Origin: Planctomycetota bacterium
GTDB taxonomy: Bacteria > Planctomycetota > UBA1135 > UBA2386
Length of the DNA: 64,000 bases
Assembly: GCA_046290465.1 (NCBI GenBank)
Contig: JBKAGP010000001.1
Coordinates: forward strand, 3,776,001 to 3,840,000
Reading direction: 5' to 3'
In this document: piece by piece, positions 17,614 to 26,544 of the stretch
Layout of the letters: each line of letters opens with the position of its first letter
Position numbering within the stretch: position 1 is the first letter of the stretch
Notes under the pieces: generated by a model
What the model saw: only the letters and a program-made list of their open reading frames with translations
What the model was told of the DNA's origin: nothing
Databases searched by the model: none
Position numbers and translations under genes: made by a program

Positions 17614-20600
17614 ATGACGCTCCGAACCAACGCGCCCCTGCTCGGGGCCCTGCTCCTCCTCGCGGCCCCGGTCGCCGCGCAATCGTCCCTGCCGATCCAG
17701 GCCGACGCGAAGGTCGTGACCGACGCGCTCGCGACGACCGGCCGCGCGACGCTGCAGCTGCGGTTCACGACCGAGACCCGGCTGAACACGCCGTATGCGG
17801 TGCGCGTCGAACTGCACTCCGGTGGCCGCCTGCTGCAGCGTCGCGACCACGCGCCGCCGACGCCGACGACCGACTGGCAGGCGGACGCCGAAGTCGCGTA
17901 CGACCTGCCGCTCTACTTCCCGCTGACGCCGAAGACGCGCGGCGCGGTGCGCGTGCTGATCGGGTTCCTCGATCCCGACGAGAAGCAGCCGCTGCCGCCG
18001 CTGACCCGCCGGCGCGCCAGCGGCGGCCTGGTCGAGGTCGCGACGTTCCGCTTCCCCGAGATCGAGGCCGAGGTCACCGCCGAGTCGGTCGCTGCAACCG
18101 TCAAGGCCGCGCTCGAGCTCGCCAGGTCGGATGCGCGCGCGGCCTGGGACCAGCTGGAGTTCTCGTTCCGCCGCACGGACAGCTACCCGCTGAAGCGCGA
18201 ACTGCAGAAGGCGCTGCTGCAGGTCGGCAGGATGCCGCCGGCCGAACTGTCGTTCGAGGAGGTCGGCGTCGTGCAGCGCCGCATCGACGGCGAACGGGCC
18301 CGCTACCTGCGCCAGGTCGCCGGCCGGCTCTACGACCGCGGTCGCCTGTTCGCGGCGCTGGTGCTGCTCGACGAGGTCGGCGGCGCGCTGCAGGAGGACG
18401 CCGACCGCGCCGTGCTCGGCGCGCTCGACCAGGCCCGCCGCGTGACCAAGGACCGCGACGGCATCGCCGAGAAGGTGTTTGCGATCACGGCCGAGCAGAA
18501 GGCGGAGGTCGACGCGCTGGTCGCGCAGCACAAGGACGAGGCGGAGCGGCTGGCGTTCGGCGTCGAGCTGGCCAAGGACCGCAAGCGGCGGCCGATCGCG
18601 CGCGAGCTGGTGCGCACGATCGAGTTCACGCCCGAACTGCGCGAAGAGGCGGCCGACGCGCGGCGGCAGATCGAGCGGGCCTGGCTGAAGGACGTTCCTG
18701 CCGACCAGCGCAAGGAGGCCGACGAGGCGCTCCAACATCCGTGCTGGGCGCGCACGACCCAGCGCGTCAGCCACCGCTTCGTGCTGATCGGCCCGCAGAA
18801 GCTGCTGAAGGGCATCCCGGCCGACAGCCTGCTGCTGTTCGACCTCGCCTACCTCTACCAGACCGACCTGTTCGGTCGGGTGCCCAACCCGCAGGGCGAC
18901 CGCGTCACCGTCTACTTCAAGGAGCTGTGGGAGTTCGGCGGCGGCGTCGGCGGCGGCAAGATCATCGACATCGGCCGCGCCGATCCCGACGAGAAGAAGC
19001 GTCGCGTCGACGGCGGGCTCTTCTACCACGAGCTGGCGCACTGCGTCGACGACACCAACCCGATCTATCCGGGCTTCCGCGAGGGGCTGGCCGACTTCGC
19101 CGCCGCGTTCACCTACCACGAGCTCGGCCAGGTCGCGCAGGCCCGGGCTGCGATCGGCGCCGCTCGGCGCGCGTTCCTCGGCGACTACCTGGAGCGCGAC
19201 CTCGAATACTGGCGCATCCCCAACTACGGGCCGAGCGCCGGCTTTTTGCTGCACTTCATCAACGAGTACGGCAAGCAGCAGGGCGGCGGGTTCGAGTGGC
19301 AACGCTACCGCCGGTTCTTCCGCGACTATCGCACCCGCGCCGTCGACGACGGCCGCACGCCGACGTTGGCGCGCGCGTTTGCGTTCCACCTGGTGGAGGC
19401 GTTCGGCGAGGCGGCGTTCGACGACCTGGTCCGATTCCGATGGCCGCTGCTGCCGCAGGACCTGGAGGCGATCCGGGCCGAGCAGAAGGCCGCGCGACGG
19501 CCGCGCTCGCTCAGCGGGCTCGACACCGAGCCGGGTTCGCCGGTGCCACGCGACGTCGCGGCGCGCCGCCTGCGCGGCGACAAGGCCGGCGTCGACGACC
19601 ACGAGGCGGAGCTGGGTGTCGTGCAGGACTGGTGGGTGATCGGGCCGTTCAAGAAGCGCGGCATCGACCCGGACGCGTTCCGGTTCGCGCCGGAGCTCGA
19701 GGTCGACCTGAAGAAGCGCTACGAGAGCATCAACAACAACCCGACGTGGCGGCGGCCCGGCCGCAAGCCGGTCACGGTCGACCCGTCGGGCTGGCTGCAG
19801 TTTCACTTCTCCTACATGGACGACAGCGCGATCTACGCGCTGACGCACGTGACGGTCGAGAAGCAGACCGAGACCTTCTTGCACGTTCGCGGCGACGACG
19901 ACGTGACGGTGTTCGTCGACGACCAGCTGGTCGGCAAGTACACGAACATCGGACGCGGCCTCGGTCCGTGGCGGCCCAACTGGACCGTCAACCTGCCGGA
20001 TGCGGCGCGGTTCCGCGTCGACCTGCAGCCGGGCCGGCACAAGGTGCTGCTCAAGGTGCGCAACCGGACCGGCGGCTCGGGCTGCACGCTCGCGATCGCG
20101 CAGCGCAACGGCACGCCGCTGCCGGGCTGGAGCACCGACGTGCTGCCGGCCAAGCAGGTCGAGAACCGCATCGAGTTCCCGGACGGCAAGCGTTGGAAGT
20201 CGCTGCTCAAGCTCAAGGGCTCGAGCCGCAGTTCGTCGCGCAAGCTGGACGCGACCGTCGGCAAGTGGCGCGTGCGCAACAAGGCGATCGAAGCCACCTC
20301 GACGAACCGCGGCGTCGAGTGGCGCAAGTACACGGTTCGCCCCGGCTTTCCCAAGGACTCGCCGTCGAACCTGGCCTGGCTGCCGGAGAAGGCGACCAGG
20401 GAGCTCGGCGCGTTCTTGCTGCGCATCGACCTCGAGGAGAAGTCGCGCGCGCCGAAGATGTGCGTGACGTTCCAGGGGGACGGCATGCGCGACGGCCTGG
20501 CCGGCTGGACGCTGATCCTCAGCCCGCGCGGGCGGGACAAGGTCCAGGCGCGCATCGAGCGCTACGACCGGCTGGTCTACCAGAGCGACGTGGTCGCCTA

Positions 20601-20808
20601 CGAGTCGGACCCGAAGAAGCCGACGACGCTCGAACTGCACCACTGGGCGGACCGGCTGACGGTCCGCCTGGGCTCGCAGACGCTGTTCGACCAGGCGCCG
20701 ATCCGCCGCATCGACGGCCGGCACCGGGTCGGCATCGCGACGTGGGGTCCGCAGCTGCGCATCACCGAGATCGAGCTGCGGGCGCCGTCGCGCACGCGCA
20801 CGCGCTGA
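17614..20808 (+). CDS. Large secreted protein with zincin-like HExxH motif and PA14-like domain
   Basis: Signal peptide MTLRTNAPLLGALLLLAAPVAA|Q; FYHELAHC...FREGLADF; WWVIGPF...GDDDVTVFVD...LQPGRHKVLLKV. Confidence 0.75.
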   Translation: MTLRTNAPLLGALLLLAAPVAAQSSLPIQADAKVVTDALATTGRATLQLRFTTETRLNTPYAVRVELHSGGRLLQRRDHAPPTPTTDWQADAEVAYDLPLYFPLTPKTRGAVRVLIGFLDPDEKQPLPPLTRRRASGGLVEVATFRFPEIEAEVTAESVAATVKAALELARSDARAAWDQLEFSFRRTDSYPLKRELQKALLQVGRMPPAELSFEEVGVVQRRIDGERARYLRQVAGRLYDRGRLFAALVLLDEVGGALQEDADRAVLGALDQARRVTKDRDGIAEKVFAITAEQKAEVDALVAQHKDEAERLAFGVELAKDRKRRPIARELVRTIEFTPELREEAADARRQIERAWLKDVPADQRKEADEALQHPCWARTTQRVSHRFVLIGPQKLLKGIPADSLLLFDLAYLYQTDLFGRVPNPQGDRVTVYFKELWEFGGGVGGGKIIDIGRADPDEKKRRVDGGLFYHELAHCVDDTNPIYPGFREGLADFAAAFTYHELGQVAQARAAIGAARRAFLGDYLERDLEYWRIPNYGPSAGFLLHFINEYGKQQGGGFEWQRYRRFFRDYRTRAVDDGRTPTLARAFAFHLVEAFGEAAFDDLVRFRWPLLPQDLEAIRAEQKAARRPRSLSGLDTEPGSPVPRDVAARRLRGDKAGVDDHEAELGVVQDWWVIGPFKKRGIDPDAFRFAPELEVDLKKRYESINNNPTWRRPGRKPVTVDPSGWLQFHFSYMDDSAIYALTHVTVEKQTETFLHVRGDDDVTVFVDDQLVGKYTNIGRGLGPWRPNWTVNLPDAARFRVDLQPGRHKVLLKVRNRTGGSGCTLAIAQRNGTPLPGWSTDVLPAKQVENRIEFPDGKRWKSLLKLKGSSRSSSRKLDATVGKWRVRNKAIEATSTNRGVEWRKYTVRPGFPKDSPSNLAWLPEKATRELGAFLLRIDLEEKSRAPKMCVTFQGDGMRDGLAGWTLILSPRGRDKVQARIERYDRLVYQSDVVAYESDPKKPTTLELHHWADRLTVRLGSQTLFDQAPIRRIDGRHRVGIATWGPQLRITEIELRAPSRTRTR

Positions 20809-21987
20809 TCACTCGGCCTCGACGCCGACCGTGACCGGCACGCGGATGCGCTTGCCGGCGCGGATGATGTCGAGCTGGATCGTGCCCTGGTAGCCGACGC
20901 GCTGCTTGGCCTTGGTGAACGCGCTGTCGGTCGCGGCCTTGCCGTCGACGCCGGTGATGATGTCGTAGCGCTGCAGGCCGGCCTTCGAGGCGCCGCTGTC
21001 ATCGGTCACGCTGGTGATGATCAGCGTCTTGTGGCGGTCGAGGTCGAACTGCGAAGCGAGCGCGGCGCTCGGCGCCTCGAAGCGCACGCCGACCACGAGG
21101 CGGCCCTTCGGTGCCGGCGGCGCCGGCGGGATCAGCACCTGGTCGATGACGTGCACGACGCCGTTGCTGGCGTTGACGTCGGTGCGGGTCACGGTGGCGC
21201 CGCGCACCCGCAGCTGGCCGCCGGCGATCTCGAAGCCGACCGGCTGGCCGTTGAGCGTCTCGGCGCTGCCCGCCGCGATCGCCTGCGCCGCCGACACGCG
21301 GCCCGGGATCACGTGGTACTTCAGGATCGCCTGCAGCTGGCCGCGGTTCTCGGGCTTCAGCAGGTTCTCGACCGTGCCCTTCGGCAGCTTCGCGAACGCC
21401 TGGTCGGTCGGCGCCAACACCGTGAACGGGCCCTTGCCGCTGAGCGGCTCGAGCAGGCCGGCGGCCTTGACGGCGGCCAGCAGGGTGCCGAAGTAGCGCT
21501 GGTTGGCGACCTGCGGCAGCGTGCGCGCCTCGGGCATCAGCACCGTGTCGACGACGTGGATCACGCCGTTGCTGCACGCGATGTCGGTCAGCACCAGCTT
21601 GCTGCGGTCGACGCGAACGGTCTTGCCGTGCACGTTGACGGCCAGGCGCTGGCCGTTGGCCATGTCGAGCCCGCTGCGACGGACGACGTCGTCGGCCAGG
21701 TAGCGACCCGCGGCGACGTGATAGGTCAGCAGGTTGTCGAGCGTCGCCTGGTTGCGCTTCTTCAGCAGGTCGCCCAGCGCGTGCTGGTCGAGCTTGGCGA
21801 ACGCGTCGTCGGTCGGCGCGAACACCGTGAACGGCCCGTCCCCCTTCAGGGTCTCGATCGCGGTCGACTTGCCGAGCGCGGTGACAAGCGTCTTGAAGCG
21901 ACCGTCCTTCTGGGCGGTCTCGAGGATGGATGCTTGCGCGGACAGCGCCCCGGACAGGAGCGCGACGAGGATGGCGGTCTTGGTCAT
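20809..21987 (-). CDS. Secreted fasciclin (two FAS1 domains) plus C-terminal PDZ domain
   Basis: Two copies of GPFTVxAPTDxAFAKL...L.YHV...NGVxHVxD.VL; GVRF...GLQRYDIITGVDG (PDZ). Confidence 0.9.
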   Translation of the reverse strand: MTKTAILVALLSGALSAQASILETAQKDGRFKTLVTALGKSTAIETLKGDGPFTVFAPTDDAFAKLDQHALGDLLKKRNQATLDNLLTYHVAAGRYLADDVVRRSGLDMANGQRLAVNVHGKTVRVDRSKLVLTDIACSNGVIHVVDTVLMPEARTLPQVANQRYFGTLLAAVKAAGLLEPLSGKGPFTVLAPTDQAFAKLPKGTVENLLKPENRGQLQAILKYHVIPGRVSAAQAIAAGSAETLNGQPVGFEIAGGQLRVRGATVTRTDVNASNGVVHVIDQVLIPPAPPAPKGRLVVGVRFEAPSAALASQFDLDRHKTLIITSVTDDSGASKAGLQRYDIITGVDGKAATDSAFTKAKQRVGYQGTIQLDIIRAGKRIRVPVTVGVEAE

Positions 21988-22157
21988 TGGTCTCTCTCTC
22001 GAATGGTCTCTCTCGGACGGAAGCGCGGTTCGCCGCCCCGGCGCATGCCGGATGCAGAAGGGGCAGATGTCCGGGGCATTCGGCGAAATTCGGCCGACCT
22101 CGGAGTTCGCCGCTCCCGGCGGTCGTCCTGCCGCGCCGCCCCTGCGACGATGTGCCG

Positions 22158-23117
22158 ATGGCGATCGTCGAGCACCTGGCGCTGCAGTTCGCAGCGGTTC
22201 GCGAGGATCCGTGCATCGAGGAGCGCGTGCTGCGCGAGGGCGCGCACCGCCGCGTGCTGCTGGTCGGCTCGGCCGGCTGCACCGCGCTCTACCTGCACGC
22301 GGTGATGCCGGAGCTGGAGATCGAGCTGGTCGACCCCAACCCGGCGCAGCTCGCGCACGTCGCGCTGAAGCAGCGTGCGCTCGGCAGCTTCGCGCCGGCC
22401 CGCTTCAACGTCGGCACCGCCGATCCGCAGGGCCTGCACGAGTGCGGCAACTTCGAACGGCTGTTCCGCCTGTTCCGCGACGCGCTCGACCGGTTCGTGA
22501 TCTCGGCCGACGAACGGCGTCGTCGCTTCGAGGACGAGGGCAGCGACTGGCAGGACGTGGTCGAACATCGCTACTGGCCGGCTGCGTTCGCGACCGTGTT
22601 CTCCGACGAACTGCTGGTCGCGATGTTCGGCCCCGACGCCGTGCAGCACGCGCGCCCGCACAGCTATCCGTCGTACTTCCGGCAGCGCATCGAACTCGGC
22701 CTGCGCGACCCCGAACGCAACCGGAACCCGTGGCTGCACCACGTGCTGCTCGGTCACTACCGTGAGGCCGACGGCGCCTGGCCTCCCTACCTGCAGAAGC
22801 GCGTCGCCATCCTGCAGCCGTTCGTGACCCACGGCTGCGCGCTGCTCGAGGTCGACAGCTTCGCGCCGTACGACTTCGTGCAGCTGTCCAACGTGATGGA
22901 CTGGATGGCGCCGGACGACTGCGCGGCGCTGGCCACGCGGCTCTCCGCCGAACTCGCACCCGGCGCCAGGATTCTCTGGCGCCAGCTCAACAACAACCGG
23001 GACCTGACCGGCCACTTCGCCCCCGCATTCGCGTTCGACACCGAACGGGACGCGTCGCTGACCGCCGACGAGCGCAGCCTGTTCTACAATCGCGTGCACT
23101 GCGGAGTCCGCGCATGA
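22158..23117 (+). CDS. DUF3419/BtaA-like SAM-dependent transferase
   Basis: REDPCIE, VLLVGSAGCTAL, VDPNPAQL, GNFERLF, PPYL, LSNVMDWM, PGARILWR follow the BtaA/DUF3419 motif order. Confidence 0.75.
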   Translation: MAIVEHLALQFAAVREDPCIEERVLREGAHRRVLLVGSAGCTALYLHAVMPELEIELVDPNPAQLAHVALKQRALGSFAPARFNVGTADPQGLHECGNFERLFRLFRDALDRFVISADERRRRFEDEGSDWQDVVEHRYWPAAFATVFSDELLVAMFGPDAVQHARPHSYPSYFRQRIELGLRDPERNRNPWLHHVLLGHYREADGAWPPYLQKRVAILQPFVTHGCALLEVDSFAPYDFVQLSNVMDWMAPDDCAALATRLSAELAPGARILWRQLNNNRDLTGHFAPAFAFDTERDASLTADERSLFYNRVHCGVRA

Positions 23118-23839
23118 GCCTGCAAGACCGAATCCAGTCGGTGCTCGACGAGCACCCCGTCGCCGCCAACCCTTACCTGTCGTCGCTGCGCGACGGCGCC
23201 CTGACCCGCGAGGACTTCCTCGAGACGCAGATCCAGTTCTACTACGCGGTGGTGTTCTTCAGCCGGCCGATGGCCGTGCTCGCGGCCAAGATCCCGTCGG
23301 CCGCCACCCGCACCGAGATCCTGCGCAACGTGTGGGAGGAGCACGGGGAGGGCGACGCCGAGTCCCGGCACGGCGCGACCTTCCTGGAGCTGCTGCACCG
23401 GCTGGGCGGCCTCGGCAAGGACGACGTCGAGGCGCGCGCGCTGTGGCCGGAGCTGCGCGCCTTCAACACGACGCTGATCGGCTGCTGCGCGCTCGACGAC
23501 TGGGAGATCGGCGCCGGCTGCCTCGGCATCATCGAGCGCATGTTCGTCGACATCTCCGCGTGGATCGGCCAGAGCATCGCCGACCGCGGCTGGCTGCCGA
23601 AGGACCGCATCGTGCACTACTCGGTGCACGAGGTGCTCGACATCAAACACAGCGAGGACTTCTTCGCGACGCTCGCGCCGACGTGGGAACGCAGCGAGGA
23701 GAAGCGCTACCTGATCACGCAGGGGCTCCAGCTCGGCGCCTACACGTTCGACCGGCTCTATCGCGACCTGTTCGCCGCGCGTCTGCGCCGCGTGATGTCG
23801 CCGGTCGTGCGGCCGCAGCGACACGTCTACGACGAATGA
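23114..23839 (+). CDS. Heme-oxygenase-like di-iron oxidase (CADD/PqqC/TenA superfamily)
   Basis: E76 (WEEHG), H86, E141, H172/D176/H179 (VHEVLDIKH) match the CADD-type metal ligand spacing; ATGA overlap with upstream stop. Confidence 0.8.
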   Translation: MSLQDRIQSVLDEHPVAANPYLSSLRDGALTREDFLETQIQFYYAVVFFSRPMAVLAAKIPSAATRTEILRNVWEEHGEGDAESRHGATFLELLHRLGGLGKDDVEARALWPELRAFNTTLIGCCALDDWEIGAGCLGIIERMFVDISAWIGQSIADRGWLPKDRIVHYSVHEVLDIKHSEDFFATLAPTWERSEEKRYLITQGLQLGAYTFDRLYRDLFAARLRRVMSPVVRPQRHVYDE

Positions 23840-24621
23840 GCGACCTGCGGGTCCTGCAGGTCCGTCCCGACCGCTTCGCGAACTGGCAGGACGACCTGCG
23901 CACGTTCGAAGAACGGTTCGAGTATCCGCTCGGCGACGACCACTTCCACATCGACCACGGCGAGGACTACCTGGCGTTCTTCCGCCGACTCGGTGAGCCG
24001 GCGCCGTTCCTGGCGACCGTCGCGCGCCGCGTCGTCGGTGTGCTGGTCGCGGTGCGACGGCGCGTCGGCCGTCGCGAGGGCTGGTATCTGTGCGACCTCA
24101 AGGTCGACCCGGTCTACGCGCGCTACCGCGCCGCGACGCGCCTGTTGACGTCGTGGGCGCGCGCGCACCTGCAGGATGGCGAGCCGGTGTTCGGCGTGTC
24201 GATGAACCCCGCGCGCGGCGACAACCGGCTGGTGCGCGCGATGCGCCGCTGGCGCGCCGACGAACTGTCGCACGCGCCGATCGTGCTCTACTCGCTGAGC
24301 CACGAGCAGTGGCTCGATCGGGCCGACGAGATCACGGCGGCGCTCGGACCGATCGGCTGGTTTGACCCGCACGGCGTCAAGGACATCGTGCTGCGCAGCA
24401 GCGGCGCCCCGATGCCGCTGCTGCACGCCCAGCACGGCCCGTTCGCGCGGGCCAACGCCGAGGCCCGAGCAGGCGCCGTGCACATGTTCTGCCTGCCTGC
24501 CGACGACGTGCTGGTGGAACGGATGCGGCAGCGCGGCCTGCGGCCGGACGCGACCGCGACGATCGTGCATCGCGACGCCGACGGCGCCAACTGGCGTCAC
24601 CTGCTGAGCAGCGACATCTGA
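23836..24621 (+). CDS. GNAT-like acyltransferase
   Basis: ATG 23836 overlaps the upstream TGA; VVGVLVAVRR...WYLCDLKVDPVYARYRAATRLL resembles GNAT motif A. Confidence 0.6.
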   Translation: MSDLRVLQVRPDRFANWQDDLRTFEERFEYPLGDDHFHIDHGEDYLAFFRRLGEPAPFLATVARRVVGVLVAVRRRVGRREGWYLCDLKVDPVYARYRAATRLLTSWARAHLQDGEPVFGVSMNPARGDNRLVRAMRRWRADELSHAPIVLYSLSHEQWLDRADEITAALGPIGWFDPHGVKDIVLRSSGAPMPLLHAQHGPFARANAEARAGAVHMFCLPADDVLVERMRQRGLRPDATATIVHRDADGANWRHLLSSDI

Positions 24622-24671
24622 GACCACGGGGGCGAGCCTGCGACACCGGACTCGTCGCCGGCCGCCATGAC

Positions 24672-26498
24672 TCAGCGCAGCTGCTTCAGCAGGTCCTGCA
24701 CCACCTGCAGGTCCGGCCGCAGCTTCGCCGCGCGTTCGAGTTCGCGCCGGGCGTCCGCCTTGCGCCCCCTCGCCATCAGCACGCGGCCGAGGTTGAAGCG
24801 CGCGTTGAAGTAGTCCGGGTCGATGCCGAGCGCGAGCCGGTAGTGGCGCTCGGCGACCTCCAGCCGTTCGGCCGCGAAGTTGGCCGTCGCAAAGTTCTGG
24901 TGCGCGGCCGCGGCGTTCGGCAGCGCCCGGACCGCAGCCCCGAAGTGCCGCAGCGCTCCCTGGTTGTCGCCGCGCCGCCCGCAGATGGTGCCGAGCTGCA
25001 TGTGCGTCATCGCGTGGCCGGGATCGACCTGCAGCGCACGCCGGTAGTGGCGCTCGGCCTCCTGCGGCTGCTTGCGGAACTCGGCCAGCAAGCCGCGTTC
25101 GTACCAGACGTCCGGGGCCCCCGGGGAGATCTCGCAGGCCTTCTCGATCGCATCCTGCGCGACCGCGAAGTTGCCGCGACCGCGTTCGAGCTGGGCCTTG
25201 CGCATCAGCAGGTTCCAGGCCCTGGGCAGCTTCTCGAGATCCCGGTCGACGCTGGCGAGCTGCAGCAGGTCGCGTTCTTGCGGGCTGCGCACCGTCAGCG
25301 ACAGCGTCAGCGTGCCCATCTCGTCCGCCGACTGCTGGCCGAAGCGCACCCGCTGCAGCGGGCGCACCGGGTTGTTGTCGTTGGCCTCGCTGTTGTCGTA
25401 GACGTACTCGATCGCGAGGCGCGTGCCCGCGGGCAGCACGATCGGCTCTCGGTAGCGGTAGTCGTCCTGCCAGTCGAAGTCCCAGTCGTCGATCGCGAAC
25501 AGCGTGCGCACCGAACCGTCGGGCAGCGTCGCCGTCGCGCGCATGCGCCGACACACGTAGTGCGCGTGCGGGTAGATCGCGTGCAGCTGCACCGGCACCG
25601 GCAGCACGATGTGGTCGCGCAGCACGAAGTTGTCGTCACCGGGCGCGATGTCGATCTCCTCGGAGAACAGCATCAGCAGCTCGTACGGCTGCCGCATCGG
25701 CCGGTCGGTGAACCAGATGCCGATGCGCGGCTGCACCTTCTCGGCCTTGCCGACCGGCACCGCGTGCAGCTGCAGCACCAGGTCGTCGCCGGGGAACAGC
25801 CGCCACGACATGCCGTCGGCGCTGCGGCGCACGGTCTTGCCCGGTGTCCAGCCGAGGAAGTGGCCGTCGGGCGAACCGGCGGCGCCGAGCGTCATGCCCG
25901 GAAAGCCCGGCTCGGCGTCGCGCGCGTCGGCCTGCCGCGACAGCCGCGTGCGGTCGACGCCGAGCACCGCGTGGTGCACGGCGGCGTTGCCCGGCAGGAT
26001 CTCGACCGCGGCCACGAATCGCATGCGCTCGACGTCGATCGGCACGACAAAGTTGCGCACGATGTCCGGGCCCGCCGCCGGCACTTCGAGCACGTCCGGC
26101 ATCTCGACGACCAGGTCCGGCTCACCGAGCTGCCACCCGGACGGATAGGTCGGCGGCGCCGGCTCCTGCTCGCGGTCGCCGCGCGGCGCGCCGGCGTCGA
26201 CCCAGGCCTCGAGCGTCGCGATGTCCGCCGCAGCCATGCGACGATCGCCGACGAACTCGCCGTGGCTCGGCTGCCACGGCGGCATGTAGCCGTCCTTGAC
26301 CACCTCGAGCACGAACGCGCGCTTCTTGAACACGTCCTCGTAGCTGCGCAGCGAGAACGGCGCCGGCTGGCCCGGCCGATGGCACGGCGTGCACGACCGG
26401 TGCACGATCGCGGCGACGTCGGCCGCCCACGTCGGCGCCTGCGCGGGCAGCGCGGCGAGGCCGACCAGGCTTTTGAGCACGAGGCGGATGGCGGACAT
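24672..26498 (-). CDS. Secreted c-type heme / copper type II (PHM/DBH-like) monooxygenase-domain protein with TPRs
   Basis: CTPCH heme motif, MPPW, VHHAVL (CuH), LQLH, YPHAH and DEM (CuM), WDFDWQ; C-terminal TPRs. Confidence 0.8.
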   Translation of the reverse strand: MSAIRLVLKSLVGLAALPAQAPTWAADVAAIVHRSCTPCHRPGQPAPFSLRSYEDVFKKRAFVLEVVKDGYMPPWQPSHGEFVGDRRMAAADIATLEAWVDAGAPRGDREQEPAPPTYPSGWQLGEPDLVVEMPDVLEVPAAGPDIVRNFVVPIDVERMRFVAAVEILPGNAAVHHAVLGVDRTRLSRQADARDAEPGFPGMTLGAAGSPDGHFLGWTPGKTVRRSADGMSWRLFPGDDLVLQLHAVPVGKAEKVQPRIGIWFTDRPMRQPYELLMLFSEEIDIAPGDDNFVLRDHIVLPVPVQLHAIYPHAHYVCRRMRATATLPDGSVRTLFAIDDWDFDWQDDYRYREPIVLPAGTRLAIEYVYDNSEANDNNPVRPLQRVRFGQQSADEMGTLTLSLTVRSPQERDLLQLASVDRDLEKLPRAWNLLMRKAQLERGRGNFAVAQDAIEKACEISPGAPDVWYERGLLAEFRKQPQEAERHYRRALQVDPGHAMTHMQLGTICGRRGDNQGALRHFGAAVRALPNAAAAHQNFATANFAAERLEVAERHYRLALGIDPDYFNARFNLGRVLMARGRKADARRELERAAKLRPDLQVVQDLLKQLR

Positions 26499-26544
26499 GC
26501 GGCAACGATCATCATCGCTGCCGGCGGGATGTCCAGCGGGGTCG

